This document shows positions 60,332 through 64,000 of a DNA stretch of 64,000 nucleotides, piece by piece (the first letter of the stretch is position 1; the number at the start of each line of letters is the position of its first letter). The translations under genes were made by a program, and so were the position numbers. Source of the stretch: an uncultured Spirochaetota bacterium. GTDB taxonomy: Bacteria; Spirochaetota; Spirochaetia; SZUA-6; Fen-1364. The stretch covers positions 229,525 to 293,524 of the forward strand of contig CAWJSK010000001.1 of assembly GCA_963845535.1 (NCBI GenBank). The letters run 5' to 3'. The notes beneath the pieces are model-generated. The model searched no databases. It was not told the DNA's origin and saw only the letters and a list, made by a program, of their open reading frames with translations.

Positions 60332-60751
60332 ATGATCAAGTATGAAAGTATCCCCTCCGACATTCTCGAACGCATGCCCGCCGCACAGAGCCTTCTTCAG
60401 AATGACGACCGTGTCGTGTTCGCTTACCTTTTTGGCGGTTTGGCGCGCGGCGCAGTGAATCCCCTTTCGGACGTGGATATCGCCGTTTACCTTGCTCGTA
60501 TGGATGACAGCGCTGGAACGGAGCTTTCCCTCTTCGACTCGATTTCCGACGCGCTCGGTACGACGGAGATCGACCTTGCGGTCCTCAACGTGTCGCCCAT
60601 CAGCTTCGTGGGACGCGTGCTGCAGAACAAGCGGCTCTTGGTGGACAAGGAGCCGTTCCTGCGACATCGCTATGAGTCGCTGAAGCTACGGGAGTTTTTC
60701 GACTTCAAGATCAAGGAAGACGCCTTTTTCCGCAGGAGATATGGCATCTGA
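60332..60751 (+). CDS. Minimal nucleotidyltransferase (MNT/MntA-like antitoxin)
   Basis: AYLFGG.ARG....SDVDIAV, IDLAVLN; promoter TTGACG-18-TAGAGT 7 nt upstream. Confidence 0.85.
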   Translation: MIKYESIPSDILERMPAAQSLLQNDDRVVFAYLFGGLARGAVNPLSDVDIAVYLARMDDSAGTELSLFDSISDALGTTEIDLAVLNVSPISFVGRVLQNKRLLVDKEPFLRHRYESLKLREFFDFKIKEDAFFRRRYGI

Positions 60752-60816
60752 GATCACCCCCATGGACAGCCATTCCCGCCGTTGCTAAACTGCCGTTTGA
60801 GACAAGGAGAGCGCGC

Positions 60817-62068
60817 ATGGCCGACAAACGGCTCCCGTTCACGCGGGACAAAATTGAAGAGATCGCAAAGTCATTTCCCACCCCGTTTCATATTTACGAT
60901 GAGAAGGCCATTCGTGAGAACGCGCGCGCGCTGAAGAAGGCATTCTCCTGGGCCGAAGGCTTTCGGGAGTTCTTTGCAGTCAAGGCGCTCCCCAACCCCC
61001 ATATTCTTTCCATCCTCAAGGAGGAGGGATTTGGCGGGGACTGCAGCTCCCTTCCCGAGCTGATCCTGTGTGACCGTGCGGGAATCCGCGGGGAGATGAT
61101 CATGTTCACCTCCAATGACACTCCCGCCGGTGAATACGTTGAGGCAAAGCGCCTGGGCGCAATCATCAACCTGGATGACATCAGCCACATCCCGTTCCTG
61201 AACCAGCACGCGGGAATGCCGGAGCTGATCTGTTTCCGCTACAACCCCGGACCCCTCAAGGGGGGGAACGCCATCATTGGCACGCCGGAGCAGGCAAAGT
61301 ACGGCTTCACCCGTCCGCAGCTTTTCGAGGGCTACCGAAAGGCGCGTGATCTCGGGGCAAAACGCTTCGGTCTGCACGCCATGATCGCCTCCAACGAGCT
61401 GAGCCTGGACTACCACTGGGACACGGCGCACATGCTCTTCGACCTGCTGGCGGATCTTTCCAAGGAGCTCGGGATCAGGTTCGAGTTCGTGAACCTGGGA
61501 GGCGGGTTCGGCATTCCCTACAAGCCAGACCAGATCGCAATCGACTGGGAGGCTCTTTCGAAAGGGATTCGGGCCGCCTATGAGGACAACGTGAAAGCGC
61601 GAGGCCTCCACCCGTTGAAGCTCTACATGGAAAGCGGCCGCGCCATTACGGGACCCCACGGCTACCTGGTGAGCCGGGTGTTGCATCTCAAGCACACGTA
61701 CAAAGACTACGTGGGGCTGGACGCATGCATGACCAATCTTGCGCGCCCCGCGTTCTACGGCGCCTATCACCACATCACGGTGATGGGCAAGGAGAATCAG
61801 CCGACAAATCATCTCTACGATGTCACCGGGTCGCTGTGTGAGAACAACGACAAGTTCGCCATTGACCGTCCAGCTTCCTCAGATCGAGGAAGGGGACCTG
61901 GTCGTGATCCATGACACCGGCGCGCACGGATGGGCCATGGGATCGAACTATAACGGCAAGCTGCGGTCCGCGGAGCTGCTCCTGCGGCCGGACGGCTCGG
62001 TCAAGCAGATCCGCCGCGCGGAGCGGGTGGAGGACTACTTCGCCACCCTGGAGCTTCCATCGACGTGA
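60817..62068 (+). CDS. lysA: Diaminopimelate decarboxylase; one frameshift near 61870
   Basis: FAVKA.PN, AKYG, NLGGG.G, ESGRAI, CENNDKF, then HDTGAHG..MGSNYNG in another frame. Confidence 0.9.
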
Positions 62069-62823
62069 GAGCCCCGGCGCGGCCTGGGTCCGTCTGGAAA
62101 ATCATCCTGATCCCGCTGGCCGCTCTCTGCGTGTTCGCGGGAGCGCTTCTGCTCTGGGCTTCCTCTTCCAAAAGCCCCATGCCGGAAGCGCTGGCGGCGC
62201 TTCGCGGGGCCAAGGACGTCAGGGTCACCGTCCGGAGATGGGGAGTCTTCGAGCCCGTTGCGGGCACGCCGAAGACCGGGCTCGTTGTCTATCCCGCGAG
62301 CCGAGTGGATTGGCGCGGCTACGCTCCGCTTGCGTTGGCAATTGCGCGCAAGGGCTTCCTGGTCGTCGTGGTGCCCATGCCGTTCAACCTTGCCTCCCTT
62401 GATCCCGGGCGCGCTGAATCGGTCATCCAGGAGTTTCGCCGGATTCGCACGTGGGCAATTGCAGGCCATGGAGAAGGCGGGGCCATGGCGGCCCGATTCG
62501 CGGCCAGACACCCGCGCCTTGTCCGCGCCCTCATCCTCTGGGGCGCCCGACCGGGGGCAGGGGACAACCTTGACTCGACGAGAATCAGCGCCATGTCGAT
62601 CTCCGCTGACCAGGACGGGATTGTCCCACCCCTGGTGATCAAAGGATCAGCATGGCTTCTCCCGGCTACGACGCTCTGGGTGACGATCCTGGGCGGCAAT
62701 CACTCCCAGTTCGGTTGGTACGGCAACCAGGAGCGGGACGGGAGGGCGACCATTTCCCGGGCTGAACAGCAGGCAAAGGTCGTCCGCGCCACCGTGAATC
62801 TGCTGCGCTCAATTGGGGACTGA
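62065..62823 (+). CDS. Membrane-anchored alpha/beta hydrolase-fold protein lacking the nucleophile Ser
   Basis: YP..RV....Y.PLA, GHGEGG, DG.V, GGNHSQFGWYG. Confidence 0.8.
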   Translation: MRAPARPGSVWKIILIPLAALCVFAGALLLWASSSKSPMPEALAALRGAKDVRVTVRRWGVFEPVAGTPKTGLVVYPASRVDWRGYAPLALAIARKGFLVVVVPMPFNLASLDPGRAESVIQEFRRIRTWAIAGHGEGGAMAARFAARHPRLVRALILWGARPGAGDNLDSTRISAMSISADQDGIVPPLVIKGSAWLLPATTLWVTILGGNHSQFGWYGNQERDGRATISRAEQQAKVVRATVNLLRSIGD

Positions 62824-62827
62824 CCGC

Positions 62828-62887
62828 CCGGACGCCGGGCGAGCGGATGCGAGGCGCGCGGACGCGAGGCGCGCGGAGGCGGGGCGG
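62828..62887. repeat. Four imperfect 15-bp tandem units between convergent genes
   Basis: Consensus GCGGACGCGAGGCGC. Confidence 0.8.
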
Positions 62888-62896
62888 CTCCTCCCG

Positions 62897-63508
62897 TCAT
62901 CCCCGCGGACGCAGGGAGTCACGCATGGGCCGCAAGGAGTCCCGCGTTGCTCCCAGGTGCTCCGCCATCCGCGCGGCAAGGTTCTCCACGGTCAGCAGGC
63001 CCACCTGATCCTCGGAAGCCTTCCCACAAAGGGCTGCCCCGGAATGGCTGAACGGCGGGCCGTCAGAAATCGCCGCCATGTCTTGCTGAAGGAAGTACGT
63101 CTGCATGTTCTGAAGCGTCAGCTCCTGACCGCCGTTACGGAACCCGCTGCACGCAATTCCGGCCCCCACTTTGCCGCTCATCTCGAACACGCCCGTTGTG
63201 CGCAAGGCGACGCTTCGATCCATCATGACCTTCATCTGGCCGGTCACCATTCCCATGTAGACGGGTGAGGCAAGGATCAGACCGTCGCACCTTCGAAGAG
63301 ATTCGAGGATCTCCGTCATGTCGTCATTGAAAATGCAGGCACTTTTGGCGCAGCGAAAGCAGCCGTCGCAGGGATGGATGGCCTTGTCGTCCAGGAAGAT
63401 GCACTCGGTCTCCATGCCCCTTTTGCGAAGCGCGTCAAGCGCAAAGCGCAACGCATACGAGGTATTGCCGTTGTGATGAGGGCTCCCGCAGATGCCCAGG
63501 ACCCTCAT
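62897..63508 (-). CDS. Iron-sulfur flavoprotein / NADPH-dependent FMN reductase family
   Basis: GSP...GNT, CDGCFRC....C, ASPVY, NGGQE. Confidence 0.9.
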   Translation of the reverse strand: MRVLGICGSPHHNGNTSYALRFALDALRKRGMETECIFLDDKAIHPCDGCFRCAKSACIFNDDMTEILESLRRCDGLILASPVYMGMVTGQMKVMMDRSVALRTTGVFEMSGKVGAGIACSGFRNGGQELTLQNMQTYFLQQDMAAISDGPPFSHSGAALCGKASEDQVGLLTVENLAARMAEHLGATRDSLRPMRDSLRPRG

Positions 63509-64000
63509 TTCTGCTTCGCGCGAATCGCCGCCGTTTCTTCCCGCGAAGGCCCGTAGATGCCGGGCACTACAACCCCCGCGGATCGCATGAGCACCGACAT
63601 TTGGCCGCGATGATGGATCTGGTGCCGTATGAGAGTCTGAAGCGCCACGGCAAGCTGCATGGTCCTGCCGAAGAGACTGATCTCCGAGGCAAGTTTGCCG
63701 TCCGTCAGGTTGGCTGTTGCCTGGTCAATCAATGACTGCGCGGCTTTTTCATACTCGAGAGCGATCTGCGCCGCCGAAGATGGCGGCTCAGCTTCCCGCG
63801 GTGGCGCCAAGACCTGCAGGCCGAGCCCCGTAGCCGTCCCGCCAATCATCTTGGCCATATGATATGCGATTCGACCCAAGGCATTCGCCTCAGGGTCGGA
63901 CTTCTGCGAAAGGGATGCATCAGTGAGGCCGCGAAGGACTTTCAGGCTGATGCCGCTTTCCCTGCGCCAGTCCTCAACAAACTCCGAGATTGTCGTGTAC
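63505..64000 (-). CDS. DinB/YfiT family protein; start codon probably straddles the window edge
   Basis: Frame open from 64000: YTTISEFVEDWRRES...LGRIAYH...H.IHHRGQ...G...PGIYGP. Confidence 0.88.
   Translation of the reverse strand, partial: YTTISEFVEDWRRESGISLKVLRGLTDASLSQKSDPEANALGRIAYHMAKMIGGTATGLGLQVLAPPREAEPPSSAAQIALEYEKAAQSLIDQATANLTDGKLASEISLFGRTMQLAVALQTLIRHQIHHRGQMSVLMRSAGVVVPGIYGPSREETAAIRAKQK

Noticed and set aside
61860..61880. Programmed frameshift in lysA (and chrA near 23027)
   Set aside because: No slippery heptamer or stimulatory structure; a single extra base restores the frame, consistent with sequencing error

Overview
A GC-rich bacterial chromosomal segment, most likely from a free-living Spirochaetia genome. 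This rests on a DUF5312-like protein, an omptin-like barrel, a FlgD-Ig/OmpA lipoprotein, FemX plus an EDPR-type MurE, and prfA-prmC-rel order; it is inferred from gene content only. About 60 genes are present. Housekeeping: phosphohexomutase, prfA, prmC, rel, ddl, murE, hflKC, metG, lysA. Modules: an envelope/cyclase cluster, a copper operon (copA-csoR-YHS-DUF302), an Opp/Dpp-type ABC operon, an MFS-glucose dehydrogenase-GH15 operon, and a sulfur cluster (metA, DUF4395-thioredoxin, two Rrf2 regulators, metY, cysK, mnmA, ThiF/MoeB, SufS). I saw no tRNA, rRNA, CRISPR array or transposase. Several single-base frameshifts (7.9-10.7 kb, chrA, lysA) look like long-read assembly errors. Most notable: (1) a palindromic operator ACTACCAA-N10-TTKGTAGT shared across the sulfur cluster, which also has an atypical MnmA and a carrier-less E1 enzyme; (2) a self-promoted nucleotidyltransferase plus unknown-partner cassette bounded by 10-bp direct repeats; (3) queD coupled to an orphan DNA adenine methyltransferase near a divergent QueG; (4) apparent ATC/CTG start codons and many leaderless promoters; (5) two small genes missed by the ORF track. 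All family calls come from motif recognition by eye; no database searches were run.
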